Shown here: in pieces, positions 18,715 through 33,008 of the stretch
How the letters are laid out: each line of letters begins with the position of its first letter
Numbering within the stretch: the first letter of the stretch is position 1
From: an uncultured Gammaproteobacteria bacterium
Lineage (GTDB): Bacteria; Pseudomonadota; Gammaproteobacteria; JAADHQ01
Length of the DNA: 64,000 bases
Assembly (NCBI GenBank): GCA_947258655.1
Contig: CAMYJD010000012.1
Span: 13,323-77,322, forward strand
Direction of reading: 5' to 3'
Made by a program: the position numbers and the translations under genes
The notes under the pieces: generated by a model
What the model was told of the DNA's origin: nothing
The model's input: only the letters and a program-made list of their open reading frames with translations
Database searches by the model: none

Positions 18715-19581
18715 TTGGCTATGCAGGAATTTTGTAAAATATTGTTGATACCACTGCTGTATGCATCGGCTTTCATGCCATGGCATCTATATGCGGGAGA
18801 AGATCCATTAAAGATGGGCATATTTCCGCGCCGTAATGCCACCGCGACACTGATCTCCTTCAAGCCCCTGGCCAATTACCTTTCGCAACAGCTCGGCAGG
18901 CAAGTGGAGCTGCACACTGCAGGGGATTTTACCAGTTTCTGGAACAACGTTGCGGCGCGGGAATATGATATCGTGCACTACAACCAGTATCACTATATCA
19001 AGTCCCGCAAGGTCGGCTACAGCGCCATACTGAAGAACGAGGAATTCGGCAAGACAACCCTGAAGGGTGCAATCTATGTCAGAACAGACAGCGGCATACA
19101 ATCCCTGCAGGACCTCAAGGGCAAGACCATCATCTTCGGCGGTGATACCAAGGCCATGATTTCGTACGTGGTGCCAACGGCGATATTACGACGAGCCGGC
19201 CTTAAGCCGGGTGATTACCGGGAAAAATTCTCCAAGAACCCCCCCAATACGCTGCTATCCGTCTATTTCGGCCAGGCCGATGCTGCCGGTACTGGTGACA
19301 TCATCCTCAAGATACCTACGGTAAAAAATTCCGTCGATACGTCACAAGTAAAACTGTTGGCCGAAAGTGAACCACTGGCACACATCCTGTGGGCATTGAA
19401 GGATACTATGGATCCCGATCTGCGCAACAGGATTACAAATGCATTGCTTGCACTAAATAACTCGGCCGCAGGCAAGAAAATATTAAAGCAGGCAAAGATG
19501 ACCGGCCTGCACCAAGCCTCGGACAGTGAATATAATGCCCATAGAAAATACCTGCAGGAAGTATTTGGTGGCAACTACTAG
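18715..19581 (+). CDS. PhnD/SsuA-family periplasmic substrate-binding protein (paralogue 1)
   Basis: 288 aa, signal peptide; shares blocks such as IYVRTDSGIQSLQDLKGK with the paralogues. Confidence 0.7.
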   Translation: MAMQEFCKILLIPLLYASAFMPWHLYAGEDPLKMGIFPRRNATATLISFKPLANYLSQQLGRQVELHTAGDFTSFWNNVAAREYDIVHYNQYHYIKSRKVGYSAILKNEEFGKTTLKGAIYVRTDSGIQSLQDLKGKTIIFGGDTKAMISYVVPTAILRRAGLKPGDYREKFSKNPPNTLLSVYFGQADAAGTGDIILKIPTVKNSVDTSQVKLLAESEPLAHILWALKDTMDPDLRNRITNALLALNNSAAGKKILKQAKMTGLHQASDSEYNAHRKYLQEVFGGNY

Positions 19582-19606
19582 AAATTACAGCGAAGCGCAC
19601 AGTGCG

Positions 19607-21916
19607 ATGTCATCACGGCCTGAAAAAAAACGTCTCAGCCTCGGTACGACCTTTATTCTCGTGGTCAGCGCTGTATTGTCTGTTGCGATGGGTATTTCCA
19701 TATACGTCAATAACACGATCCAGCAGAATGTTTTTCTGGAGCAGATCACGACCAAGGGTGAGGCACTGGTCAGTTTCACCGCATTAATCAGTTCCGATGC
19801 GGTACTGGGTCACGATTTTTTGCTGTTGAATCAATATATGAAAGAAATATCACAGCAGCAGAATATCGTCTATGGTGTTATTTATGCGGCAGACGGCAGA
19901 AATCTGACCGCTTATCTGAATAATGAAAACCCTGTAGTACAGCAGCACCGGGATTCTGATTTTATCCGTACCATTAACAATATAAACTCGGACCAGCGTA
20001 TACTCACGCTGCAGCATCCGATAGAAGCGGGGGAAAAGATCGGCTCGGTCATACTCGGTATCGATACCAGCAGAACGACGCTTCTGGCCAATGCGGCCAT
20101 GAGAAACCAACTTACTCAAGGTGTGATCACTATACTGATACTGTCCTTGATTATTTATCTTATATTCCGTTCACGCACGCTACGGCCGATTACTGCACTG
20201 ATACAACATACCCGTGATGTCATGAATGGCAAGCTCGAACATAAAGCCACAATACCCAACAGCCATGAGCTCGCAGAGCTTGCCGAGTCGTTCAATCGGA
20301 TGACCGAGGTACTTGCCGCCAGTAATGCAAGCAAGGACGAGGCCATGGACATGATGAGTCGGGCCAACCTCGACCTGCAGGCAGCGACCAAGGCAAAAAG
20401 CGAATTTCTCGCTAATATGAGCCATGAAATACGTTCGCCACTGACAGCCATTATTGGTTTCGGTGAAACCATTATGAATGCCAACACGACACCGTCCGAG
20501 CGCCATGATGCCACCCAGGCGATCATTCGTAACGGCGTGCACTTGCAGGGCATTATCAGTGACATCCTCGACCTGTCCAAAATCGAGGCGCAGAAACTGG
20601 AGATCGAGTCTATCGAGGTTTCGCTATTCGATTTACTCGCCGATATCGGCAGCCTGATAGAAGTCCAGTCACGTGAACAAAGTATTGAAACCAGTATCGA
20701 TTATCGGTTTCCAATACCGGGGAAGATTTATACCGACCCGATGCGGCTGAAGCAGATCCTGATCAACTTATGCAACAACGCTATCAAGTTTACAGCCAAG
20801 GGAAGTGTTCGCCTCGAGGTGAGTTACAACAGGCTCCAGGAACAGATAAAGTTTGATATTATAGATACAGGCATTGGCCTGTCGCCCGAGCAACAACAAA
20901 AGATTTTCGATCCATTCACACAGGCCGACTCGTCCACGACGCGTCAATATGGTGGCACCGGTCTGGGCCTGCCACTATCGAGGCAATTGGCCGAGATGCT
21001 CGGTGGCGGCATTTCTGTCAGCAGTAAAACGGGGATTGGCAGCCGCTTTACCGTGTCTATCGGCGCAGGATCTGTCGCACCGGATACTCTTATAGATGTA
21101 TTACCCGGTACTAGCGAACAAAACAAACCTGTGCAGCAAACAGAACCCGCCAAATTAACAGGAGATATACTGCTGGCAGAGGATTTACCCGACAACCAGA
21201 AATTGATATCCATCTTCATACGTAATCTGGGTGCCCGGGTTACGATCGCAGAGAACGGTAAAAAGGCTGTAGAAGCCGCACTCAACAATAAATTCGACCT
21301 GATCCTGATGGATATGCAAATGCCTGTTATGGATGGTATCGAGGCGGTAAAGTATTTACGCTCGCATAACTATACAGGAGCCATTATCGCGTTGACTGCA
21401 AATGCGATGAAGGAAGACCGGGAAAGATGCATGCAGGCGGGCTGTGATGAATTTCTGACAAAACCCATTGAGCGGACAACTTTTAATGAAACATTGACTC
21501 GGTATCTACAGGATAATACTGCCAGTAATGAGGCTGACGATGTCATTGTTCCTGACATCAATGACGATTTCGGTATGCTCGACATAACCAGGTCTTTTGT
21601 CCAGCGTTTACCTGACAAGCAAGCCAGCATAAACGAGGCATTCGAAAACCGGGACTGGGCAACACTGGGCCGCCTGGTGCATGACCTCAAGGGATCGGGT
21701 GGCGGGCTTGGATATCCTGCCGTCACCGAAGCCTGTAGAGACATCGAATCAAAGCTTCGTAACAAAACTATGCATGATGCATCACGGCATGCCGATGGCC
21801 AGGAAGACCCCGAATCTACGGCCGCTATAAGAGACTCTATCGAAACATTACATTCGCTCTGTGAACGTATCATCAAGGGGTGGGATGTTACTTACAATAA
21901 AAACAATATAGCCTAG
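19607..21916 (+). CDS. hybrid sensor histidine kinase (TM-periplasmic loop-TM-HAMP-HisKA-HATPase-REC-HPt)
   Basis: start taken at MSSRPEKKRL; H-box MSHEIRSPL; receiver DLILMDMQMPVMDG; HPt HDLKGSGGGLG. Confidence 0.85.
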   Translation: MSSRPEKKRLSLGTTFILVVSAVLSVAMGISIYVNNTIQQNVFLEQITTKGEALVSFTALISSDAVLGHDFLLLNQYMKEISQQQNIVYGVIYAADGRNLTAYLNNENPVVQQHRDSDFIRTINNINSDQRILTLQHPIEAGEKIGSVILGIDTSRTTLLANAAMRNQLTQGVITILILSLIIYLIFRSRTLRPITALIQHTRDVMNGKLEHKATIPNSHELAELAESFNRMTEVLAASNASKDEAMDMMSRANLDLQAATKAKSEFLANMSHEIRSPLTAIIGFGETIMNANTTPSERHDATQAIIRNGVHLQGIISDILDLSKIEAQKLEIESIEVSLFDLLADIGSLIEVQSREQSIETSIDYRFPIPGKIYTDPMRLKQILINLCNNAIKFTAKGSVRLEVSYNRLQEQIKFDIIDTGIGLSPEQQQKIFDPFTQADSSTTRQYGGTGLGLPLSRQLAEMLGGGISVSSKTGIGSRFTVSIGAGSVAPDTLIDVLPGTSEQNKPVQQTEPAKLTGDILLAEDLPDNQKLISIFIRNLGARVTIAENGKKAVEAALNNKFDLILMDMQMPVMDGIEAVKYLRSHNYTGAIIALTANAMKEDRERCMQAGCDEFLTKPIERTTFNETLTRYLQDNTASNEADDVIVPDINDDFGMLDITRSFVQRLPDKQASINEAFENRDWATLGRLVHDLKGSGGGLGYPAVTEACRDIESKLRNKTMHDASRHADGQEDPESTAAIRDSIETLHSLCERIIKGWDVTYNKNNIA

Positions 21917-22099
21917 GTGATAAAGCGCATACATTGATTAATACCGTTTACTATGTTCCATTACGTCAATAATCTTCAGATCATGGAATGACAGGCAGAG
22001 ACTCTGATTTATTCAGCACACCTGGACATAGATAAACTGGTGTCAATAAAACAGTCGGTAGATAACATACTAAAACATCTACGACCCCAGTTCCCTGCT

Positions 22100-22198
22100 T
22101 CAATACAGTATAGGGAGCTTGATCGAACAGGCTGTCAGGCCGCTCAGCACAAACAGCATGATTAAAACCGATATGGAATATTTTTTCTGATATGCCAT
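22100..22198 (-). CDS. 32-aa putative small lipoprotein
   Basis: rc ORF MAYQKKYSISVLIMLFVLSGLTACSIKLPILY with LTAC lipobox; not in ORF track. Confidence 0.2.
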   Translation of the reverse strand: MAYQKKYSISVLIMLFVLSGLTACSIKLPILY

Positions 22199-22233
22199 GC
22201 TGGTCCCTACCCTGGCGTTATGTTCTCGATTGA

Positions 22234-23580
22234 CTATTTGCCTATACAGAAACTAGAAAATATCTTGCCGAGTAAATCATCACTGCCAAACTCACCGGTA
22301 ATCTCAGCCAGGTCCTGTTGTGCCTCGCGCAGTTCCTCGGCTGCCAGTTCACCGGCCCTTGCCTGTTGCAGTTGCTCTCTGGCCATGTGTAAATGCCGGC
22401 CTACCCTTTCCAACGCATCTACATGGCGACGGCGTGCAATAAATTCACCTTCTCCCCCTGCATGATAACCGACACATTGTTCCAGGTGTTTTGTTAGCAG
22501 CTCGACACCCTGTTGTTGTTTAGCCGATATTGTAATCACGGGAGGTTCGACCATTTCCATTGTCGCATCGTTGCCGCTCAGATCACATTTGTTGCGCACG
22601 ATCGTCAGCGCCGGGCCAGACGGCAGTTGCTGCAGTATTTGTCTATCCTCGTCTGTAACACCGTCGCGGTCGTCTACCAATAACAGCACGCGATCCGCCT
22701 TTTCGATTTCTGACCAGGCGCGCTGAATGCCTATTTGTTCTACCCGGTCTTCGCTGTCCCTGAGTCCGGCGGTGTCAATGATATGCATCGGTAATCCATC
22801 GATGTGGATATGTTCACGCAATACATCGCGGGTAGTACCGGCAATCTCGGTAACAATCGCCGATTCCTTGCCGGCCAGCGCGTTCAGCAGACTCGACTTA
22901 CCGGCATTGGGTCTTCCGGCGATGACTACGGTAATACCTTCATGTAACAGGCTTCCCTGCCTTGTTGATTCCATCAGGCTGGAAAAATCCCTGTCCAGCT
23001 GGTCCAGACGAAGATAAATATTATTATCGGACAAAAAATCGATTTCCTCTTCGGGAAAATCGATCGCCGCCTCGATGTACATCCGCAGTTCTGTCAGGCT
23101 TATTAGCAGCTCGTTGACGCGTTGCGAAAAAACCCCCTGCAAGGAACGCACGGCCGCACGTGCCGCCTGTTCACTACTGGCATCGATAATGTCGGCGATG
23201 GCCTCTGCCTGGGCCAGATCAAGTTTGTCATTGAGGAAGGCGCGTTCGGAAAATTCGCCCGGCCTGGCTATGCGTGCACCAGCCTTGATACATTGTTGCA
23301 GGATCAGGTCGAGAATGACCGGACCGCCATGTGCTTGCAGTTCGAGGACGTCTTCACCGGTAAATGAATGCGGATGGGGGAAGTATAACGCGATACCCTG
23401 ATCCAGTACCGCGCCATCTTCATCGGTAAAGGGCAGATATTCGGCCTGTCTTGGCTGCGGGACCTTGGCGAGGATGCGTCTGGCTATGTGCTGACAATAA
23501 GGACCGGATATACGAATGATACCGACACCTCCCCGGCCAGGGGGTGTGGCTAGTGCGGCTATGGTGTCACTGTTCATCAA
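22234..23580 (-). CDS. mnmE: tRNA modification GTPase MnmE/TrmE
   Basis: 448 aa; G-domain [12 protein letters not shown]; C-terminal CIGK. Confidence 0.95.
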   Translation of the reverse strand: MMNSDTIAALATPPGRGGVGIIRISGPYCQHIARRILAKVPQPRQAEYLPFTDEDGAVLDQGIALYFPHPHSFTGEDVLELQAHGGPVILDLILQQCIKAGARIARPGEFSERAFLNDKLDLAQAEAIADIIDASSEQAARAAVRSLQGVFSQRVNELLISLTELRMYIEAAIDFPEEEIDFLSDNNIYLRLDQLDRDFSSLMESTRQGSLLHEGITVVIAGRPNAGKSSLLNALAGKESAIVTEIAGTTRDVLREHIHIDGLPMHIIDTAGLRDSEDRVEQIGIQRAWSEIEKADRVLLLVDDRDGVTDEDRQILQQLPSGPALTIVRNKCDLSGNDATMEMVEPPVITISAKQQQGVELLTKHLEQCVGYHAGGEGEFIARRRHVDALERVGRHLHMAREQLQQARAGELAAEELREAQQDLAEITGEFGSDDLLGKIFSSFCIGK

Positions 23581-23653
23581 CGCGCTAACCTTTCCCTGCT
23601 ATGTATTCTGCAGATACGATTTAACGAGAAAGGGGACTTGCAGTCCCCTTTGT

Positions 23654-25327
23654 TTATTTCGCCGATTCTATTCTTTTCGTTATAACCCACTGTTGTGTTA
23701 TTGACAGCGCATTATTGACGACCCAGTACAATACCAGGCCCGACGGGAAAAACAGGAAGAATATGGTAAACACAAAAGGCAGGGCCATCATGACCTTGGC
23801 CTGAACCGGATCCAGTGGTGCAGGATTCAGTTTTTGCTGGATGAACATGGTCGCGCCCATCAGTATCGGTAATACATAAAACGGGTCCTTCGCCGACAGG
23901 TCTGTAATCCACAACATAAACGGTGCCTGGCGCAATTCCACTGCCTCCAGCAATACCCAGTACAGCGCAATGAAAACCGGTATCTGCACGAGGATAGGCA
24001 AGCATCCACCGAGTGGATTGATCTTCTCCTTTTTATATAAATCCATCAATGCCTTGTTCATACCCTGGCGGTCATCGCCATAGCGCTCTTTCAGGGCCTG
24101 CATTCGTGGCTGCATCTTGCGCATATTGGCCATCGATTTATAACTGGTCTCGGACAGCTTGTAGAATGCCAGCTTGATGATCAAGGTCAGAAAGATGATG
24201 GCCCAACCCCAGTTACCTAACAGACTATGCAATGCACTCAGTAACCAGAACAGTGGCTTGGCGATAACTGTCAGGAAACCATAATCCGCAGTCAGTTCAA
24301 GACCGGTAGCAATATCTTCCAGGACATTCTGGTCTTTGGGACCGGTGTACAACTGACTGCTGAATTGCTTGCTCTGTCCAGTTCCTATTGTCTCGGCCGG
24401 AGATATCATACCGAGGTAGTAACGGTAGTTCAGATAATTACTGTAAAAGCTGTTAGTGTCTTGTGCATTTGGTGCCCAGGCAGCCAGAAAGTAATGCTGC
24501 ATCATCCCGATCCAGCCACCCTGGACGTTACTACGATTCAGTTTACTTTCCTGCATCTGGCTGAAATCAATCTTTTCATAGAGCTCTTCAGGGGTATAGA
24601 TAACACCGCCCATGTAGGTCTGCATCATGAACATGGAGGTTGATTCCTCACCATAATGCGTGCGCTGTAATTGGCGATAGAAACTACCCTGCCAGTCAGA
24701 CGCTGACCCGTTTTCAACCTTGACCTTCATATCGATCAGATGGCTGGAGCGCTTGAAGGTATAGGTCTTGGTCACCTTGACACCTGTGTCATCACTCCAG
24801 GTCAGGACAACATCTAATGTGTCCTCACCTTCGCCCAGCCTGTACTCGGTCTTGTCGGCGTTGAAGCGCGTCTCATGTGTCGGCCCGTTACCTTTAAGCA
24901 TGGAAAAACCGGATTGCGCTACATACAGTTTTGCACCCTCGTCAGTCATTAACTGAATGGCCTGTTCGGGTTTATCCTGTTCTAGTGGATACTTGCGCAA
25001 GAACACTTCGCGTATATCGCCACCCAGTGTATCCAGCGTGACCTGTAGATAATCGGTAATAACCTGTATGCGCTGATCTGATTCGAGCTTGTTGGCTTCA
25101 CCACTGATCGTTGGGCCGCTAGGCTTTACCGGTTGGGCGGCTGCCGGAACATCACCGGGTACAGCCGGTGCCGGTACTGCGCTGGCGGATGTTGCTGCGC
25201 TGTCACTGCCGCTACTGACCGTAGTTGGTACAGTGCTACTGACGCCGTAGTCACGTTGCCACTCCTGGTATAGCAACATGCCAAGAAAGACGAGCGCGAT
25301 AATGATAAAAAGCCGTTGATTTTCCAT
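23654..25327 (-). CDS. yidC: membrane protein insertase YidC
   Basis: 557 aa; conserved position after yidD-rnpA-rpmH. Confidence 0.95.
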   Translation of the reverse strand: MENQRLFIIIALVFLGMLLYQEWQRDYGVSSTVPTTVSSGSDSAATSASAVPAPAVPGDVPAAAQPVKPSGPTISGEANKLESDQRIQVITDYLQVTLDTLGGDIREVFLRKYPLEQDKPEQAIQLMTDEGAKLYVAQSGFSMLKGNGPTHETRFNADKTEYRLGEGEDTLDVVLTWSDDTGVKVTKTYTFKRSSHLIDMKVKVENGSASDWQGSFYRQLQRTHYGEESTSMFMMQTYMGGVIYTPEELYEKIDFSQMQESKLNRSNVQGGWIGMMQHYFLAAWAPNAQDTNSFYSNYLNYRYYLGMISPAETIGTGQSKQFSSQLYTGPKDQNVLEDIATGLELTADYGFLTVIAKPLFWLLSALHSLLGNWGWAIIFLTLIIKLAFYKLSETSYKSMANMRKMQPRMQALKERYGDDRQGMNKALMDLYKKEKINPLGGCLPILVQIPVFIALYWVLLEAVELRQAPFMLWITDLSAKDPFYVLPILMGATMFIQQKLNPAPLDPVQAKVMMALPFVFTIFFLFFPSGLVLYWVVNNALSITQQWVITKRIESAK

Positions 25328-25335
25328 TGTTATAA

Positions 25336-25566
25336 TTACTTCTGTTGTTTGTTAACTTCCGGGACGGGATCAACGCCACCGGGTGACCACGGATGGCAAC
25401 GCAGTATCCGCCGTAATGCCAGCCAGCTTCCATATACAGCACCGTGCCTATGAATCGCGGTATGCGCATAACACGAGCATGAGGGATAAAATCGGCAATG
25501 ATTACCCAGAAGCGGGCTTATTATATATTGGTATGAACGAATAATGAAAATCAGGATTGTGCGCAT
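25336..25566 (-). CDS. yidD: membrane protein insertion efficiency factor YidD
   Basis: 76 aa, [18 protein letters not shown]. Confidence 0.9.
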   Translation of the reverse strand: MRTILIFIIRSYQYIISPLLGNHCRFYPSCSCYAHTAIHRHGAVYGSWLALRRILRCHPWSPGGVDPVPEVNKQQK

Positions 25567-25922
25567 TTTTTTACTAGCCTGTCCCAGTGTTTTGACAGAG
25601 AGCGATGTATCTCATTATTACTCCTGTCCTGCAAGCCTTTTTTCGCCAGTACGACGATATCGAGCCCCGGTAACATGGCCTGGCGGGCGCGAAAACTTTC
25701 ACGCACGAGGCGTTTAATTCGGTTACGTTGCACGGCACTGGCAATACTCTTCTTCGCTATCGCCAGCCCCAGCCTTGCGTTTTCGCTGTGATTCACACAT
25801 GCCAGAATAGTAAATAACTGATCACTGGATCTGAGTGGATCTGCAAATACCTGCTGGTATTCATTGCGGTTCAACAAGCGCAGCGAGCGCGGAAAACGAC
25901 AGCTGGGATTTTGCTCATTCAA
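25551..25922 (-). CDS. rnpA: ribonuclease P protein component
   Basis: 123 aa basic protein in canonical position. Confidence 0.9.
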   Translation of the reverse strand: MNEQNPSCRFPRSLRLLNRNEYQQVFADPLRSSDQLFTILACVNHSENARLGLAIAKKSIASAVQRNRIKRLVRESFRARQAMLPGLDIVVLAKKGLQDRSNNEIHRSLSKHWDRLVKKCAQS

Positions 25923-26063
25923 AAAAAGCGCCTTAAAAATTGTGGATTTAAGGTCTGGACCGATCTGATGGGGCAGATAACAGATGTTGGCTTGAAACTC
26001 TCGCAGTAGGAATGTCTACTCGCTTAAACGGGCATGCATGTGACCCGCTACAGTAGCTATATA

Positions 26064-26198
26064 TTAAGGAGTCAGACGCTTGCGACCCTTGGCACGCCTG
26101 GCGTTAATTACAGCACGGCCGCCGCTTGTACTCATACGTGCACGAAAACCATGGTTGCGTGCCCTTTTTAATACACTGGGTTGGAATGTTCTTTTCAT
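26064..26198 (-). CDS. rpmH: 50S ribosomal protein L34
   Basis: rc translation [44 protein letters not shown]; absent from ORF track (below length cutoff). Confidence 0.9.
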   Translation of the reverse strand: MKRTFQPSVLKRARNHGFRARMSTSGGRAVINARRAKGRKRLTP

Positions 26199-26297
26199 AT
26201 CGCCTTACCTGATTAACGCGCCGGAACAAGCCGGAATTAATGAACCGGCAATCCTACTGTGTCATGCAGGGCATGTCAACCGAAAAAATAAATCACT

Positions 26298-26321
26298 TTA
26301 TCCACTCTGCATTGTGGATAA
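26298..26321. promoter_or_regulatory. pair of DnaA boxes in rpmH-dnaA spacer (TTATCCACT, TGTGGATAA)
   Basis: read directly from sequence; dnaA autoregulatory region and possible origin. Confidence 0.6.
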
Positions 26322-26393
26322 CTTTGAAAAATAGAGTTAGAATCCGAGGATAACGAAGTTATTAACAACCTCTCCAACAAGAAGGGAGCCCTC

Positions 26394-27719
26394 TTGTCCA
26401 GTCTTTGGAATCAGTGTCTTCAATACCTTGAAGATGAATTACCGCAGAACCAGTTTAATACCTGGATCAGGCCGCTGCACGCGATCCAGAATGGCGAATC
26501 GCTGCAACTGCTGGCTCCAAACCAGTTTGTACTAGACCAGGTTAAGGATAATTTTCTCGACTCTATTCAGCAATCCCTGCAAAACCTGAGCAGCAACCAA
26601 CCCCCGAGCCTGAAATTGCAGGTGGGCAGCGTCAATCAGGCTGCTCAACCGACCGCTGTACAGACGGATAACGACACGGGCAAGCAGGCGATTTCACACA
26701 AGAGCAATATTAACCCAGATTTCACGTTTGCATCCTTTGTTGAGGGCAAGTCCAACCAATTGGCGCGGGCGGCCTCGGTACAGGTCGCCGAGAATCCGGG
26801 TAAGGCCTATAACCCGTTGTTTATCTATGGCGGCGTCGGTCTTGGTAAGACCCATTTGATGCACGCCGTCGGCAACATGATGATGGCCAAGAATCCGCAG
26901 GCGCGGGTTGTATATCTACATTCAGAGCGTTTTGTTGCCGATATGGTCAAGGCCTTGCAACATAACTCGATCAATGAATTCAAACGCTATTACCGCTCCG
27001 TCGATGCGTTGCTGATCGATGATATCCAGTTCTTTGCTAAAAAAGAGCGCTCCCAGGAAGAGTTTTTTCATACCTTTAACTCATTACTGGAAGGCCATCA
27101 GCAGGTTATCCTGACCTGTGACCGTTACCCGAAGGAGGTCAATGGCCTCGAAGAACGACTGAAATCTCGCTTCGGCTGGGGTTTGACGGTATCGGTGGAA
27201 CCACCGGAACTGGAAACACGCGTGGCCATCCTGCTGGGCAAGGCCAAACAATTGCATGCGGATTTACCCGATGAGGTCGCATTTTTCATTGCCAAACGCC
27301 TGCGCTCCAACATCCGTGAACTCGAAGGTGCATTAAAGCGCGTTATAGCTAATGCCCATTTTACCAACCAGTCGATTACGCTCGATTTCGCCAAAGAGGC
27401 ACTGAGGGACCTGCTGTCGCTGCAGGATCGCCTGGTCAGTATTGAAAACATTCAGAAAACCGTTGCTGAGTATTACAAAATACGCGTGCATGATTTATTA
27501 TCGTCCCGGCGCACGCGTTCTATAACGCGACCGCGGCAAATCGCGATGAGCCTGGCAAAGGAATTGACCAGCCATAGTCTGCCCGAAATCGGCGATGCCT
27601 TTGGCGGGCGCGATCATACGACCGTGTTGCATGCCTGTCGCAAGGTCAAGGAGCTACGCGAAACAGAAATCAGGATCAGGGAAGATTATTTAAGCCTGTT
27701 AAGAATATTGAGCACATAA
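26394..27719 (+). CDS. dnaA: chromosomal replication initiator DnaA
   Basis: 441 aa, TTG start with GAAGGGAG RBS; Walker [11 protein letters not shown]. Confidence 0.95.
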   Translation: MSSLWNQCLQYLEDELPQNQFNTWIRPLHAIQNGESLQLLAPNQFVLDQVKDNFLDSIQQSLQNLSSNQPPSLKLQVGSVNQAAQPTAVQTDNDTGKQAISHKSNINPDFTFASFVEGKSNQLARAASVQVAENPGKAYNPLFIYGGVGLGKTHLMHAVGNMMMAKNPQARVVYLHSERFVADMVKALQHNSINEFKRYYRSVDALLIDDIQFFAKKERSQEEFFHTFNSLLEGHQQVILTCDRYPKEVNGLEERLKSRFGWGLTVSVEPPELETRVAILLGKAKQLHADLPDEVAFFIAKRLRSNIRELEGALKRVIANAHFTNQSITLDFAKEALRDLLSLQDRLVSIENIQKTVAEYYKIRVHDLLSSRRTRSITRPRQIAMSLAKELTSHSLPEIGDAFGGRDHTTVLHACRKVKELRETEIRIREDYLSLLRILST

Positions 27720-27940
27720 TGTGGATAACTTGTTTATATAAATTAGAATTAAAGATATTCAATTGTTATCCACAGTTTAGTAACAAATAGTAAAGCGGTT
27801 TTACATTCGTTATACATAATTAAAACCGATATAAGATATTGTTTTATATGATAAAAATAGTTTTATTAACAAAAGGCGTGTTTGTTAATAATTACAATAA
27901 CAAAGATATATTTATTTATATTAATAAATAGGGAAATCGG
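27720..27940. promoter_or_regulatory. AT-rich dnaA-dnaN spacer with inverted DnaA boxes (TGTGGATAA near 27719, TTATCCACA near 27765) - candidate oriC/DUE
   Basis: boxes seen in sequence; about 220 bp of very low GC between them and dnaN. Confidence 0.5.
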
Positions 27941-29041
27941 ATGAAGTTCAAGATCAAACGCGAAACGTTACTTAAACCACTTCAGTTTGTCATCGGTGTT
28001 GTAGAACGCAGGCAGACCTTACCGGTCCTATCAAATCTGCTGTTACAAGCAGATACAGGACGTATATCCTTAACGGCAACTGATCTTGAAGTGGAACTGG
28101 TGGCTAATTTTGATCTTGAGGTTAACGATGGCGGTGAGATCACAATACCAGCACGTAAATTTCTCGATATCTGCCGAGCTTTGCCCGAGGATTCGGAGTT
28201 GAATGTTGGTTTCCAGAAGGAGCGCGTACAGGTCAGATCGGGTAAAAGTCGATTCACGCTAGCCACGTTACCGGCAGCGGAATTCCCGCTGGTTGAAGAC
28301 ATCAAGGTCCAGAAGGAATTCAGTATTCCACAACGCGCACTGAAAAAGTTGATTGAACGCACCCATTTTGCAATGGCTCAACAGGATGTACGATATTATC
28401 TGAATGGTCTTTTATTCGAGATCAAGGCGGGTCAATTAAGAACCGTTGCTACGGATGGACATAGGCTGGCGATATCCGAGGTTGATGCAGATATTTCCGG
28501 CGATGATCATCATCAGGTTATCGTTCCCAGAAAAGGGATACAGGAACTGGCCCGATTACTTGAAGATTCGGATGATATGGCCCTGATACAGCTCGGGTCG
28601 AATCATATACGTATTCAGCTGCCGGAACTGCGTTTTACATCAAAACTGATCGATGGCAAGTTTCCTGACTATAACAAGGTCCTGCCCAAGGCCAGTAATA
28701 AATTCGTTAATGCTGAACGTGAAACATTGAAGCAAGCCCTGGTCCGAACATCGATCCTATCGAATGAAAAATACCGAGGTGTGAGGTTGAATCTCGAGGA
28801 ACAGCGTTTGTCGATACAGGCGCATAACCCGGAACAGGAAGAGGCAGAAGAAGAACTTGAAATCGATTACCAGGGTGATCCGATCGAGATCGGTTTTAAC
28901 GTCAATTACATACTCGACGCACTGAATGGTATTCCGGAAGACAAGGTTACGATTTCACTGAGTGATTCCAACAGTAGTTGCCTTATCGAGCCTGCCGAGT
29001 CAAAAGACTGCCGATATGTCGTTATGCCGATGCGGCTGTAA
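27941..29041 (+). CDS. dnaN: DNA polymerase III beta sliding clamp
   Basis: 366 aa, MKFKIKRETLLKPLQ. Confidence 0.95.
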   Translation: MKFKIKRETLLKPLQFVIGVVERRQTLPVLSNLLLQADTGRISLTATDLEVELVANFDLEVNDGGEITIPARKFLDICRALPEDSELNVGFQKERVQVRSGKSRFTLATLPAAEFPLVEDIKVQKEFSIPQRALKKLIERTHFAMAQQDVRYYLNGLLFEIKAGQLRTVATDGHRLAISEVDADISGDDHHQVIVPRKGIQELARLLEDSDDMALIQLGSNHIRIQLPELRFTSKLIDGKFPDYNKVLPKASNKFVNAERETLKQALVRTSILSNEKYRGVRLNLEEQRLSIQAHNPEQEEAEEELEIDYQGDPIEIGFNVNYILDALNGIPEDKVTISLSDSNSSCLIEPAESKDCRYVVMPMRL

Positions 29042-29077
29042 ACAGACCAGCGTAATCTCGTTTACAGAAACAGCTGA

Positions 29078-32648
<3,571 letters not shown>

Positions 32649-32717
32649 GCACAATCAGTGCCAATGCCCAGAACCTTGTTGATAAACCGCTGCGACAGTT
32701 TGACCTGGTAACAGAAC

Positions 32718-32990
32718 ATGGATACATCCGCCCTATCGAATGTTTATATCGCCGCGGCGGCGGCGATTATCTTTTACATAATCGCTATCGTCATGGCGAT
32801 GATGACTTCCCGACAGATCAGCACTAGCGATGCACAAAAACCTTCGTTGATGCAATGCCTGTTGCGTGGAGAATCGCTGACCCCGAAGGGCATGAACTAC
32901 CGTATTTTCGTTTTTATAGCGCTGATGTTCGCGATCATGAACACATTGGCTACAGCGTTTATTTTCATTGCATCACAAACGCAAGCCTGA
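32718..32990 (+). CDS. small 2-TM membrane protein
   Basis: 90 aa, two hydrophobic helices. Confidence 0.35.
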   Translation: MDTSALSNVYIAAAAAIIFYIIAIVMAMMTSRQISTSDAQKPSLMQCLLRGESLTPKGMNYRIFVFIALMFAIMNTLATAFIFIASQTQA

Positions 32991-33008
32991 AGCATTTAAC
33001 GACGTGTA

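Noticed and set aside
26080-26334. 84-aa plus-strand ORF
   Set aside because: Antisense to rpmH, whose L34 translation is unmistakable.
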